Shown here: positions 28,245 through 40,721 of the stretch, in pieces
Numbering within the stretch: the first letter of the stretch is position 1
How the letters are laid out: each line of letters starts with the position of its first letter
Origin: Azolla caroliniana
Lineage: Eukaryota > Plantae > Polypodiophyta
Direction of reading: 5' to 3'
Length of the DNA: 64,000 nt
Assembly (NCBI GenBank): GCA_043228905.1
Contig: JBHGNT010000023.1
Location: 571,045 to 635,044 of the forward strand
Notes under the pieces: model-generated
Told to the model about the DNA's origin: nothing
Database searches by the model: none
The model's input: only the letters and a program-made list of their open reading frames with translations
Program-made: the position numbers and the translations under genes

Positions 28245-29289
28245 TTGGGTCGAGAGACATCAAGAAATTAGTAAATTACATGAGGGAGTTGAGAAGAGCG
28301 CGTGAGTAAATTAAAATGTTCATAGCTGGCTCGTGTGATATCGGATTTTAGTGTTCAAACATGCGAATCAAAGCTAACAACACTAGCTATGATAAGGAAT
28401 GAAAAAATCAAGATTTTGAAACTCAGGTCGAGAGACATGAAGAAATTAGTAAATTAGAGGAGGGTGTTGACAAGAGCGCATGAGTAAATTAAAATGTTCA
28501 TACCTGGCTCTTGTGATATCGGATTTTAGTGTTCAAAGATGCCAATCGAAGCTAACAACACTACCTATGATATGGAATTAAAAAATCAAGATTTCGAAAC
28601 TTGGGTCGAGAGACATGAAGAAATTAGTAAATTAGGGGAGGGAGTTTAGAAGAGCGCTTGAGTAAATTAAAATGTCCATAGCTGGCTCGTGTGATATCGG
28701 ATTTTTATGTTCAAACATGCGAATCGAAGCTAACAACACTAGCTATGATAAGGAACGAAAAAATCAAGATTTTGAAACTCAGGTCGTGAGACATGAAGAT
28801 ATTAGTAAATTAGAGGAGGGAGTTGAGAAGAGCGCGTGAGTAAATTAAAATGTTCATAGCTGGCTCGTGTGATCCCGGATTTTTATGTTCAAAGATGCGA
28901 ATCGAAGCTAACAACACTACGTAAGATATGGAATGAAAAAATCGAGATTTTGAAACTCAGGTCGAGAGACATCAAGAAATTGGTAAATTACATGAGGGAG
29001 TTGAGAAGACCGCTTGAGTAAATTAAAATGTTCATAGCTGGCTCGTGTGATATCGGATTTTTGTGTTCAAACATGCGAATCGAAGCTAACAACACTAGCT
29101 ATGATAAGGAATTAAAAAATCAAGATTTTGAAACTCAGGTCGAGAGACATGAAGAAATTAGTAAAGTAGGGGATGGTGTTGACGAGAGCGCGTGAGTAAA
29201 TTAAAATGTTCATAGCTGGTTCGTGCGATATCGGATTTTAGTGTTCAAACATGCGAATCGAAGCTAACAACACTAACTATGATATGGAA

Positions 29290-29313
29290 GGGTTTAGGGT
29301 TTAGGGTTTAGGG
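29290..29313 (+). repeat. Interstitial telomeric tract, copy 2 of 11
   Basis: Same 24-bp tract and junctions as copy 1. Confidence 0.95.
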
Positions 29314-30535
29314 TTGGGTCGTGAGACATGAAGATATTAGTAAATTAGAGGAGGGAGTTGAGAAGAGCGCGTGAGTAAATTAAAATGTTCATAGCTGGCT
29401 CGTGTGATCCCGGATTTTTATGTTCAAAGATGCGAATCGAAGCTAACAAGACTACGTATGATATGGAATGAAAAAATCGAAATTTTGAAACTCAGGTCGA
29501 GAGACATGAAGAAATTGGTAAATTAGAGGAGGGTATTGCAAGAGCGCGTGAGTAAATTAAAATGTTCATAGCTGGCTCGTGTGATATCGGATTTTTGTGT
29601 TCAGAGATGCGAATCGAAGCTAACAACACTAGCTATGATATGGAATTAAAAAATCAAGATTTTGAAACTCAGGTCGAGAGACATGAAGAAATTAGTAAAT
29701 TAGAGGAGGGTGTTGACAAGAGCGCATGAGTAAATTAAAATGTTCATACCTGGCTCTTGTGATATCGGATTTTAGTGTTCAAAGATGCCAATCGAATCTA
29801 ACAACACTAGCTATGATATGGAATTAAAAAATCAAGATTTCGAAACTTGGGTCGAGAGACATGAAGAAATTAGTAAATTAGGGGAGGGAGTTGAGAAGAG
29901 CGCGTGAGTAAATTAAAATGTTCATAGCTGGCTCGTGTGATATCGGATTTTTGTGTTCAAACATGCGAATCGAAGCTAACAACACTTGCTATGATATGGA
30001 ATCAAAAAATCAAGATTTTGAAACTCAGGTCGAGAGACATGAAGAAATTAGTAAATTAGAGGAGGGTGTTGACAAGAGCGCATGAGTAAATTAAAATGTT
30101 CATACCTGGCTCTTGTGATATCGGATTTTAGTGTTCAAAGATGCCAATCGAAGCTAACAACACTAGCTATGATATGGAATTAAAAAATCAAAATTTCGAA
30201 ACTTGGGGTGAGAGACATGAAGAAATTAGTAAATTAGGGGAGGGAGTTGAGAAGAGCGCGTGAGTAAATTAAAATGTTCATAGCTGGCTCGTGTGATATC
30301 GGATTTTTGTGTTCAAACATGCGAATCGAAGCTAACAACACTTGCTATGATATGGAATTAAAAAATCAAGATTCTGAAACTCAGGTCGAAAGACATGAAG
30401 AAATTAGTAAAGTAGGGGAGGGTGTTGACGAGAGCGCGTGAGTAAATTAAAATGTTCATAGCTGGTTCGTGCGATATCGGATTTTAGTGTTCAAACATGC
30501 GAATCGAAGCTAACAACACTAACTATGATATGGAA

Positions 30536-30559
30536 GGGTTTAGGGTTTAGGGTTTAGGG
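30536..30559 (+). repeat. Interstitial telomeric tract, copy 3 of 11
   Basis: Same 24-bp tract and junctions as copy 1. Confidence 0.95.
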
Positions 30560-32671
30560 TTGGGTCGAGAGACATCAAGAAATTAGTAAATTACATGAGG
30601 GAGTTGAGAAGAGCGCGTGAGTAAATTAAAATGTTCATAGCTGGCTCGTGTGATATCGGATTTTAGTGTTCAAACATGCGAATCGAAGCTAACAACACTA
30701 GCTATGATAAGGAATGAAAAAATCAAGATTTTGAAACTCAGGTCGAGAGACATGAAGAAATTAGTAAATTAGAGGAGGGTGTTGACAAGAGCGCATGAGT
30801 AAATTAAAATGTTCATACCTGGCTCTTGTGATATCGGATTTTAGTGTTCAAAGATGCCAATCGAAGCTAACAACACTACCTATGATATGGAATTAAAAAA
30901 TCAAGATTTCGAAACTTGGGTCGAGAGACATGAAGAAATTAGTAAATTAGGGGAGGGAGTTTAGAAGAGCGCTTGAGTAAATTAAAATGTCCATAGCTGG
31001 CTCGTGTGATATCGGATTTTTATGTTCAAACATGCGAATCGAAGCTAACAACACTAGCTATGATAAGGAATGAAAAAATCAAGATTTTGAGACTCAGGTC
31101 GTGAGACATGAAGATATTAGTAAATTAGAGGCGGGAGTTGAGAAGAGCGCGTGAGTAAATTAAAATGTTCATAGCTGGCTCGTGTGATCCCGGATTTTTA
31201 TGTTCAAAGATGCGAATCGAAGCTAACAACACTACGTATGATATGGAATGAAAAAATCGAGATTTTGAAACTCAGGTCGAGAGACATCAAGAAATTGGTA
31301 AATTACATGAGGGAGTTGAGAAGACCGCTTGAGTAAATTAAAATGTTCATAGCTGGCTCGTGTGATATCGGATTTTTGTGTTCAAACATGCGAATCGAAG
31401 CTAACAACACTAGCTATGATAAGGAATTAAAAAATCAAGATTTTGAAACTCAGGTCGAGAGACATGAAGAAATTAGTAAAGTAGGGGATGGTGTTGACGA
31501 GAGCGCGTGAGTAAATTAAAATGTTGATAGCTGGCTCGTGTGATATCGGATTTTAGTGTTCAAACATGCGAATCGAAGCTAACAACACTTGCTATGATAT
31601 GGAATTAAACAATCAAGATTTTGAAACTCAGGTCGAGAGACATGAAGAAATTGGTAAATTAGAGGAGGGTATTGCAAGAGCGCGTGAGTAAATTAAAATG
31701 TTCATAGCTGGCTCGTGTGATATCGGATTTTTGTGTTCAGAGATGCGAATCGAAGCTAACAACACTAGCTATGATATGGAATTAAAAAATCAAGATTTTG
31801 AAACTCAGGTCGAGAGACATGAAGAAATTAGTAAATTAGAGGAGGGTGTTGACAAGAGCGCATGAGTAAATTAAAATGTTCATACCTGGCTCTTGTGATA
31901 TCGGATTTTAGTGTTCAAAGATGCCAATCGAATCTAACAACACTAGCTATGATATGGAATTAAAAAATCAAGATTTCGAAACTTGGGTCGAGAGACATGA
32001 AGAAATTAGTAAATTAGGGGAGGGAGTTGAGAAGAGCGCGTGAGTAAATTAAAATGTTCATAGCTGGCTCGTGTGATATCGGATTTTTGTGTTCAAACAT
32101 GCGAATCGAAGCTAACAACACTTGCTATGATATGGAATCAAAAAATCAAGATTTTGAAACTCAGGTCGAGAGACATGAAGAAATTAGTAAATTAGAGGAG
32201 GGTGTTGACAAGAGCGCATGAGTAAATTAAAATGTTCATACCTGGCTCTTGTGATATCGGATTTTAGTGTTCAAAGATGCCAATCGAAGCTAACAACACT
32301 ACCTATGATATGGAATTAAAAAATCAAGATTTCGAAACTTGGGTCGAGAGACATGAAGAAATTAGTAAATTAGGGGAGGGAGTTTAGAAGAGCGCTTGAG
32401 TAAATTAAAATGTTCATAGCTGGCTCGTGTGATATCGGATTTTTGTGTTCAAACATGCGAATCGAAGCTAACAACACTAGCTATGATAAGGAATGAAAAA
32501 ATCAAGATTTTGAAACTCAGGTCGAGAGACATGAAGAAATTAGTAAAGTAGGGGATGGTGTTGACGAGAGCGCGTGAGTAAATTAAAATGTTCATAGCTG
32601 GTTCGTGCGATATCGGATTTTAGTGTTCAAACATGCGAATCGAAGCTAACAACACTACGTATGATATGGAA

Positions 32672-32695
32672 GGGTTTAGGGTTTAGGGTTTAGGG
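32672..32695 (+). repeat. Interstitial telomeric tract, copy 4 of 11
   Basis: Same 24-bp tract and junctions as copy 1. Confidence 0.95.
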
Positions 32696-33969
32696 TTGGG
32701 TCGTGAGACATGAAGATATTAGTAAATTAGAGGAGGGAGTTGAGAAGAGCGCGTGAGTAAATTAAAATGTTCATAGCTGGCTCGTGTGATCCCGGATTTT
32801 TATGTTCAATGATGCGAATCGAAGCTAACAACACTACGTATGATATGGAATGAAAAAATCGAGATTTTGAAACTCAGGTCGAGAGACATGAAGAAATTGG
32901 TAAATTAGAGGAGGGTATTGCAAGAGCGCGTGAGTAAATTAAAATGTTCATACCTGGCTCGTGTGATATCGGATTTTTGTGTTCAGAGATGCGAATCGAA
33001 GCTAACAACACTAGCTATGATATGGAATTAAAAAATCAAGATTTTGAAACTCAGGTCGAGAGACATAAAGAAATTAGTAAATTAGAGGAGGGTGTTGACA
33101 AGAGCGCATGAGTAAATTAAAATGTTCATACCTGGCTCTTGTGATATCGGATTTTAGTGTTCAAAGATGCCAATTGAATCTAACAACACTAGCTATGATA
33201 TGGAATTAAAAAATCAAGATTTCGAAACTTGGGTCGAGAGACATGAAGAAATTAGTAAATTAGGGGAGGGAGTTGAGAAGAGCGCGTGAGTAAATTAAAA
33301 TGTTCATAGCTGGCTCGTGTGATATCGGATTTTTGTGTTCAAACATGCGAATCGAAGCTAACAACACTTGCTACGATATGGAATCAAAAAATCAAGATTT
33401 TGAGACTCAGGTCGAGAGACATGAAGAAATTAGTAAATTAGGGGAGGGAGTTGATAAGAGCGCGTGAGTAAATTAAAATGTTAACAATCGAAGCTAACAA
33501 CACTAGCTATGATATGGAATTAAAAAATCAAGATTTCGAAACTTGGGTCTAGAGACATGAAGAAATTAGTAAATTAGGGGAGGGAGTTGATAAGAGCGCG
33601 TGAGTAAATTAAAATGTTAACAATCGAAGCTAACAACACTAGCTATGATATGGAATTAAAAAATCAAGATTTCGAAACTTGGGTCTAGAGACATGAAGAA
33701 ATTAGTAAATTAGGGGAGGGAGTTGATAAGAGCGCGTGAGTAAATTAAAATGTTAACAATCGAAGCTAACAACACTAGCTATGATATGGAATTAAAAAAT
33801 CAAGATTTTGAAACTCAGGTCGAGAGACATGAAGAAATTAGTAAAGTAGGGGATGGTGTTGACGAGAGCGCGTGAGTAAATTAAAATAATCATAGCTGGT
33901 TCGTGCGATATCGGATTTTAGTGTTCAAACATGCGAATCGAAGCTAACAACACTAACTATGATATGGAA

Positions 33970-33993
33970 GGGTTTAGGGTTTAGGGTTTAGGG
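33970..33993 (+). repeat. Interstitial telomeric tract, copy 5 of 11
   Basis: Same 24-bp tract and junctions as copy 1. Confidence 0.95.
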
Positions 33994-35268
33994 TTGGGTC
34001 GTGAGACATGAAGATATTAGTAAATTAGAGGAGGGAGTTGAGAAGAGCGCGTGAGTAAATTAAAATGTTCATAGCTGGCTCGTGTGATATCGGATTTTAG
34101 TGTTCAAAGATGCCAATCGAATCTAACAACACTAGCTATGATATGGAATTAAAAAATCAAGATTTCGAAACTTGGGTCGAGAGACATGAAGAAATTAGTA
34201 AATTAGGGGAGGGAGTTGAGAAGAGCGCGTGAGTAAATTAAAATGTTCATAGCTGGCTCGTGTGATATCGGATTTTTGTGTTCAAACATGCGAATCGAAG
34301 CTAACAACACTTGCTATGATATGGAATCAAAAAATCAAGATTTTGAAACTCAGGTCGAGAGACATGAAGAAATTAGTAAATTAGAGGAGGGTGTTGACAA
34401 GAGCGCATGAGTAAATTAAAATGTTCATACCTGGCTCTTGTGATATCGGATTTTAGTGTTCAAAGATGCCAATTGAATCTAACAACACTAGCTATGATAT
34501 GGAATTAAAAAATCAAGACTTCGAAACTTGGGTCGAGAGACATGAAGAAATTAGTAAATTAGGGGAGGGAGTTGAGAAGAGCGCGTGAGTAAATTAAAAT
34601 GTTCATAGCTGGCTCGTGTGATATCGGATTTTTGTGTTCAAACATGCGAATCGAAGCTAACAACACTTGCTACGATATGGAATCAAAAAATCAAGATTTT
34701 GAGACTCAGGTCGAGAGACATGAAGAAATTAGTAAATTAGGGGAGGGAGTTGATAAGAGCGCGTGAGTAAATTAAAATGTTAACAATCGAAGCTAACAAC
34801 ACTAGCTATGATATGGAATTAAAAAATCAAGATTTCGAAACTTGGGTCTAGAGACATGAAGAAATTAGTAAATTAGGGGAGGGAGTTGATAAGAGCGCGT
34901 GAGTAAATTAAAATGTTAACAATCGAAGCTAACAACACTAGCTATGATATGGAATTAAAAAATCAAGATTTCGAAACTTGGGTCTAGAGACATGAAGAAA
35001 TTAGTAAATTAGGGGAGGGAGTTGATAAGAGCGCGTGAGTAAATTAAAATGTTAACAATCGAAGCTAACAACACTAGCTATGATATGGAATTAAAAAATC
35101 AAGATTTTGAAACTCAGGTCGAGAGACATGAAGAAATTAGTAAAGTAGGGGATGGTGTTGACGAGAGCGCGTGAGTAAATTAAAATAATCATAGCTGGTT
35201 CGTGCGATATCGGATTTTAGTGTTCAAACATGCGAATCGAAGCTAACAACACTAACTATGATATGGAA

Positions 35269-35292
35269 GGGTTTAGGGTTTAGGGTTTAGGG
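35269..35292 (+). repeat. Interstitial telomeric tract, copy 6 of 11
   Basis: Same 24-bp tract and junctions as copy 1. Confidence 0.95.
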
Positions 35293-36033
35293 TTGGGTCG
35301 TGAGACATGAAGATATTAGTAAATTAGAGGAGGGAGTTGAGAAGAGCGCGTGAGTAAATTAAAATGTTCATAGCTGGCTCGTGTGATATCGGATTTTTGT
35401 GTTCAAACATGCGAATCGAAGCTAACAACACTTGCTATGATATCGAATCAAAAAATCAAGATTTTGAGACTCAGGTCGAGAGACATGAAGAAATTAGTAA
35501 ATTAGGGGAGGGAGTTGATAAGAGCGCGTGAGTAAATTAAAATGTTAACAATCGAAGCTAACAACACTAGCTATGATATGGAATTAAAAAATCCAGATTT
35601 CGAAACTTGGGTCTAGAGACATGAAGAAATTAGTAAATTAGGGGAGGGAGTTGATAAGAGCGCGTGAGTAAATTAAAATGTTAACAATCGAAGCTAACAA
35701 CACTAGCTCTGATATGGAATTAAAAAATCAAGATTTCGAAACTTGGGTCTAGAGACATGAAGAAATTAGTAAATTAGGGGAGGGAGTTGATAAGAGCGCG
35801 TGAGTAAATTAAAATGTTAACAATCGAAGCTAACAACACTAGCTATGATATGGAATTAAAAAATCAAGATTTTGAAACTCAGGTCGAGAGACATGAAGAA
35901 ATTAGTAAAGTAGGGGATGGTGTTGACGAGAGCGCGTGAGTAAATTAAAATGTTCATAGCTGGTTCGTGCGATATCGGATTTTAGTGTTCAAACATGCGA
36001 ATCGAAGCTAACAACACTAACTATGATATGGAA

Positions 36034-36057
36034 GGGTTTAGGGTTTAGGGTTTAGGG
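36034..36057 (+). repeat. Interstitial telomeric tract, copy 7 of 11
   Basis: Same 24-bp tract and junctions as copy 1. Confidence 0.95.
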
Positions 36058-37324
36058 TTGGGTCGTGAGACATGAAGATATTAGTAAATTAGAGGAGGGA
36101 GTTGAGAAGAGCGCGTGAGTAAATTAAAATGTTCATAGCTGGCTCGTGTGATCCCGGATTTTTATGTTCAAAGATGCGAATCGAAGCTAACAACACTACG
36201 TATGATATGGAATGAAAAAATCGAGATTTTGAAACTCAGGACGAGAGACATGAAGAAATTGGTAAATTAGAGGAGGGTATTGCAAGAGCGCGTGAGTAAA
36301 TTAAAATGTTCATAGCTGGCTCGTGTGATATCGGATTTTTGTGTTCAGAGATGCAAATCGAAGCTAACAACACTAGCTATGATATGGAATTAAAAAATCA
36401 AGATTTTGAAACTCAGGTCGAGAGACATCAAGAAATTAGTAAATTACATGACGGAGTTGAGAAGCGCGCGTGAGTAAATTAAAATGTTCATAGCTGGCTC
36501 GTGTGATACCGGATTTTTGTGTTCAAAGATGCCAATCGAAGCTAACAACACTAGCTATGATATGAAATGAAAAAATCAAGATTTTGAAACTCAGGTCGAA
36601 AGCGCGTGAGTAAATTAAAATGTTCATAGCTGGCTCGTGTGATATCGGATTTTTGTGTTCAAACATGCGAATCGAAGCTAACAACACTTGCTATGATATG
36701 GAATTAAAAAATCAAGATTTTGAAACTCAGGTCGAGAGACATGAAGAAATTAGTAAAGTAGGGGAGGGAGTTGAGAAGAGCGCGTGAGTAAATTAAAATG
36801 TTCATAGCTGGCTCGTGTGATATCGGATTTTAGTGTTCAAACATGCGAATCGAAGCTAACAACACTAACTATGATATGGAATTAAAAAATCAAGATTTTG
36901 AAACTTGGTTCTAGAGATATCAAGAAATTAGTAAATTACATGAGGGAGTTGAGAAGAGCGCGTGAGTAAATTAAAATGTTCATAGCTGGCTCGTGTGATA
37001 TCGGATTTTAGTGTTCAAACATGCGAATCAAAGCTAACAACACTAGCTATGATAAGGAATGAAAAAATCAAGATTTTGAAACTCAGGTCGAGAACCATGA
37101 AGATATTAGTAAATTAGAGGAGGGAGTTGAGAAGAGCGCGTGAGTAAATTAAAATGTTCATAGCTGGCTCGTGTGATCCCGGATTTTTATGTTCAAAGAT
37201 GCGAATCGAAGCTAACAACACTACGTATGATATGGAATTAAAAAATCAAGATTTTGAAACTCAGGTCGAGAGACATGAAGAAATTAGTAAATTAGAGGAG
37301 GGTGTTGACAAGAGCGCATGAGTA

Positions 37325-37475
37325 AATTAAAATTTTCATACCTGGCTCTTGGGATATCGGATTTTAGTGTTCAAAGATGCGAATCGAAGCTAACAACACT
37401 ACCTCTAATATGGAATTAAAAAATCAAGATTTCGAAACTTGGGTCGAGAGACATGAAGAAATTAGCAAATTAGTA
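37325..37475 (+). repeat. 151-bp deletion monomer (2 copies; second junction near 42135)
   Basis: GAAATTAGCAAATTAGTAAATTAAAA, a net 27-bp loss of the G-rich segment. Confidence 0.9.
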
Positions 37476-38634
37476 AATTAAAATGTTCATAGCTGGCTCG
37501 TGTCATATCGGATTTTTGTGTTCAAACATGCGAATCAAAGCTAACAACACTAGCTATGATAAGGAATGAAAAAATCAATATTTTGAAACTCAGGTCGAGA
37601 GACATGAAGAAATTAGTAAATTAGAGGAGGGTGTTGACGAGAGCGCGTGAGTAAATTAAAATGTTCATAGCTGGCTCGTGTGATATCGGATTTTTGTGTT
37701 CAGAGATGCGAATCGAAGCTAACAACACTAGCTATGATATGGAATTAAAAAATCAAAATTTTGAAACTCAGGTCGAGAGACATGAAGAAATTAGTAAATT
37801 AGAGGAGGGTGTTGACAAGAGCGCATGAGTAAATTAAAATGTTCATACCTGGCTCTTGTGATATCGGATTTTAGTGTTCAAAGATGCCAATCGAAGCTAA
37901 CAACACTAGCTATGATATGGAATTAAAAAATCAAAATTTCGAAACTTGGGTCGAGAGACATGAAGAAATTAGTAAATTAGGGGAGGGAGTTGAGAAGAGC
38001 GCGTGAGTAAATTAAAATGTTCAGAGCTGGCTCGTGTGATATCGGATTTTTGTGTTCAAACATGCGAATCCAAGCTAACAACACTAGCTATGATAAGGAA
38101 TGAAAAAATCAAGATTTTGAAACTCAGGTCGAGAGACATGAAGAAATTAGTAAATTACATGAGGGTGTTGATAAGAGCGCATGAGTAAATTAAAATGTTC
38201 ATACCTGGCTCTTGTGATATCGGATTTTAGTGTTCAAAGATGCCAATCGAAGCTAACAACACTACCTATGATATGGAATTAAAAAATCAAGATTTCGAAA
38301 CTTGGGTCGAGAGACATGAAGAAATTAGTAAATTAGGGGAGGGAGTTTAGAAGAGCGCTTGAGTAAATTAAAATGTTCATAGCTGGCTCGTGTGATATCG
38401 GATTTTTGTGTTCAAACATGCGAATCGAAGCTAACAACACTAGCTATGATAAGGAATGAAAAAATCAAGATTTTGAAACTCAGGTCGAGAGACATGAAGA
38501 AATTAGTAAAGTAGGGGATGGTGTTGACGAGAGCGCGTGAGTAAATTAAAATGTTCATAGCTGGTTCGTGCGATATCGGATTTTAGTGTTCAAACATGCG
38601 AATCGAAGCTAACAACACTACGTATGATATGGAA

Positions 38635-38658
38635 GGGTTTAGGGTTTAGGGTTTAGGG
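38635..38658 (+). repeat. Interstitial telomeric tract, copy 8 of 11
   Basis: Same 24-bp tract and junctions as copy 1. Confidence 0.95.
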
Positions 38659-39932
38659 TTGGGTCGTGAGACATGAAGATATTAGTAAATTAGAGGAGGG
38701 AGTTGAGAAGAGCGCGTGAGTAAATTAAAATGTTCATAGCTGGCTCGTGTGATCCCGGATTTTTATGTTCAAAGATGCGAATCGAAGCTAACAACACTAC
38801 GTATGATATGGAATGAAAAAATCGAGATTTTGAAACTCAGGTCGAGAGACATGAAGAAATTGGTAAATTAGAGGAGGGTATTGCAAGAGCGCGTGAGTAA
38901 ATTAAAATGTTCATACCTGGCTCGTGTGATATCGGATTTTTGTGTTCAGAGATGCGAATCGAAGCTAACAACACTAGCTATGATATGGAATTAAAAAATC
39001 AAGATTTTGAAACTCAGGTCGAGAGACATAAAGAAATTAGTAAATTAGAGGAGGGTGTTGACAAGAGCGCATGAGTAAATTAAAATGTTCATACCTGGCT
39101 CTTGTGATATCGGATTTTAGTGTTCAAAGATGCCAATTGAATCTAACAACACTAGCTATGATATGGAATTAAAAAATCAAGATTTCGAAACTTGGGTCGA
39201 GAGACATGAAGAAATTAGTAAATTAGGGGAGGGAGTTGAGAAGAGCGCGTGAGTAAATTAAAATGTTCATAGCTGGCTCGTGTGATATCGGATTTTTGTG
39301 TTCAAACATGCGAATCGAAGCTAACAACACTTGCTACGATATGGAATCAAAAAATCAAGATTTTGAGACTCAGGTCGAGAGACATGAAGAAATTAGTAAA
39401 TTAGGGGAGGGAGTTGATAAGAGCGCGTGAGTAAATTAAAATGTTAACAATCGAAGCTAACAACACTAGCTATGATATGGAATTAAAAAATCAAGATTTC
39501 GAAACTTGGGTCTAGAGACATGAAGAAATTAGTAAATTAGGGGAGGGAGTTGATAAGAGCGCGTGAGTAAATTAAAATGTTAACAATCGAAGCTAACAAC
39601 ACTAGCTATGATATGGAATTAAAAAATCAAGATTTCGAAACTTGGGTCTAGAGACATGAAGAAATTAGTAAATTAGGGGAGGGAGTTGATAAGAGCGCGT
39701 GAGTAAATTAAAATGTTAACAATCGAAGCTAACAACACTAGCTATGATATGGAATTAAAAAATCAAGATTTTGAAACTCAGGTCGAGAGACATGAAGAAA
39801 TTAGTAAAGTAGGGGATGGTGTTGACGAGAGCGCGTGAGTAAATTAAAATAATCATAGCTGGTTCGTGCGATATCGGATTTTAGTGTTCAAACATGCGAA
39901 TCGAAGCTAACAACACTAACTATGATATGGAA

Positions 39933-39956
39933 GGGTTTAGGGTTTAGGGTTTAGGG
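39933..39956 (+). repeat. Interstitial telomeric tract, copy 9 of 11
   Basis: Same 24-bp tract and junctions as copy 1. Confidence 0.95.
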
Positions 39957-40697
39957 TTGGGTCGTGAGACATGAAGATATTAGTAAATTAGAGGAGGGAG
40001 TTGAGAAGAGCGCGTGAGTAAATTAAAATGTTCATAGCTGGCTCGTGTGATATCGGATTTTTGTGTTCAAACATGCGAATCGAAGCTAACAACACTTGCT
40101 ATGATATCGAATCAAAAAATCAAGATTTTGAGACTCAGGTCGAGAGACATGAAGAAATTAGTAAATTAGGGGAGGGAGTTGATAAGAGCGCGTGAGTAAA
40201 TTAAAATGTTAACAATCGAAGCTAACAACACTAGCTATGATATGGAATTAAAAAATCCAGATTTCGAAACTTGGGTCTAGAGACATGAAGAAATTAGTAA
40301 ATTAGGGGAGGGAGTTGATAAGAGCGCGTGAGTAAATTAAAATGTTAACAATCGAAGCTAACAACACTAGCTCTGATATGGAATTAAAAAATCAAGATTT
40401 CGAAACTTGGGTCTAGAGACATGAAGAAATTAGTAAATTAGGGGAGGGAGTTGATAAGAGCGCGTGAGTAAATTAAAATGTTAACAATCGAAGCTAACAA
40501 CACTAGCTATGATATGGAATTAAAAAATCAAGATTTTGAAACTCAGGTCGAGAGACATGAAGAAATTAGTAAAGTAGGGGATGGTGTTGACGACAGCGCG
40601 TGAGTAAATTAAAATGTTCATAGCTGGTTCGTGCGATATCGGATTTTAGTGTTCAAACATGCGAATCGAAGCTAACAACACTAACTATGATATGGAA

Positions 40698-40721
40698 GGG
40701 TTTAGGGTTTAGGGTTTAGGG
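40698..40721 (+). repeat. Interstitial telomeric tract, copy 10 of 11
   Basis: Same 24-bp tract and junctions as copy 1. Confidence 0.95.
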
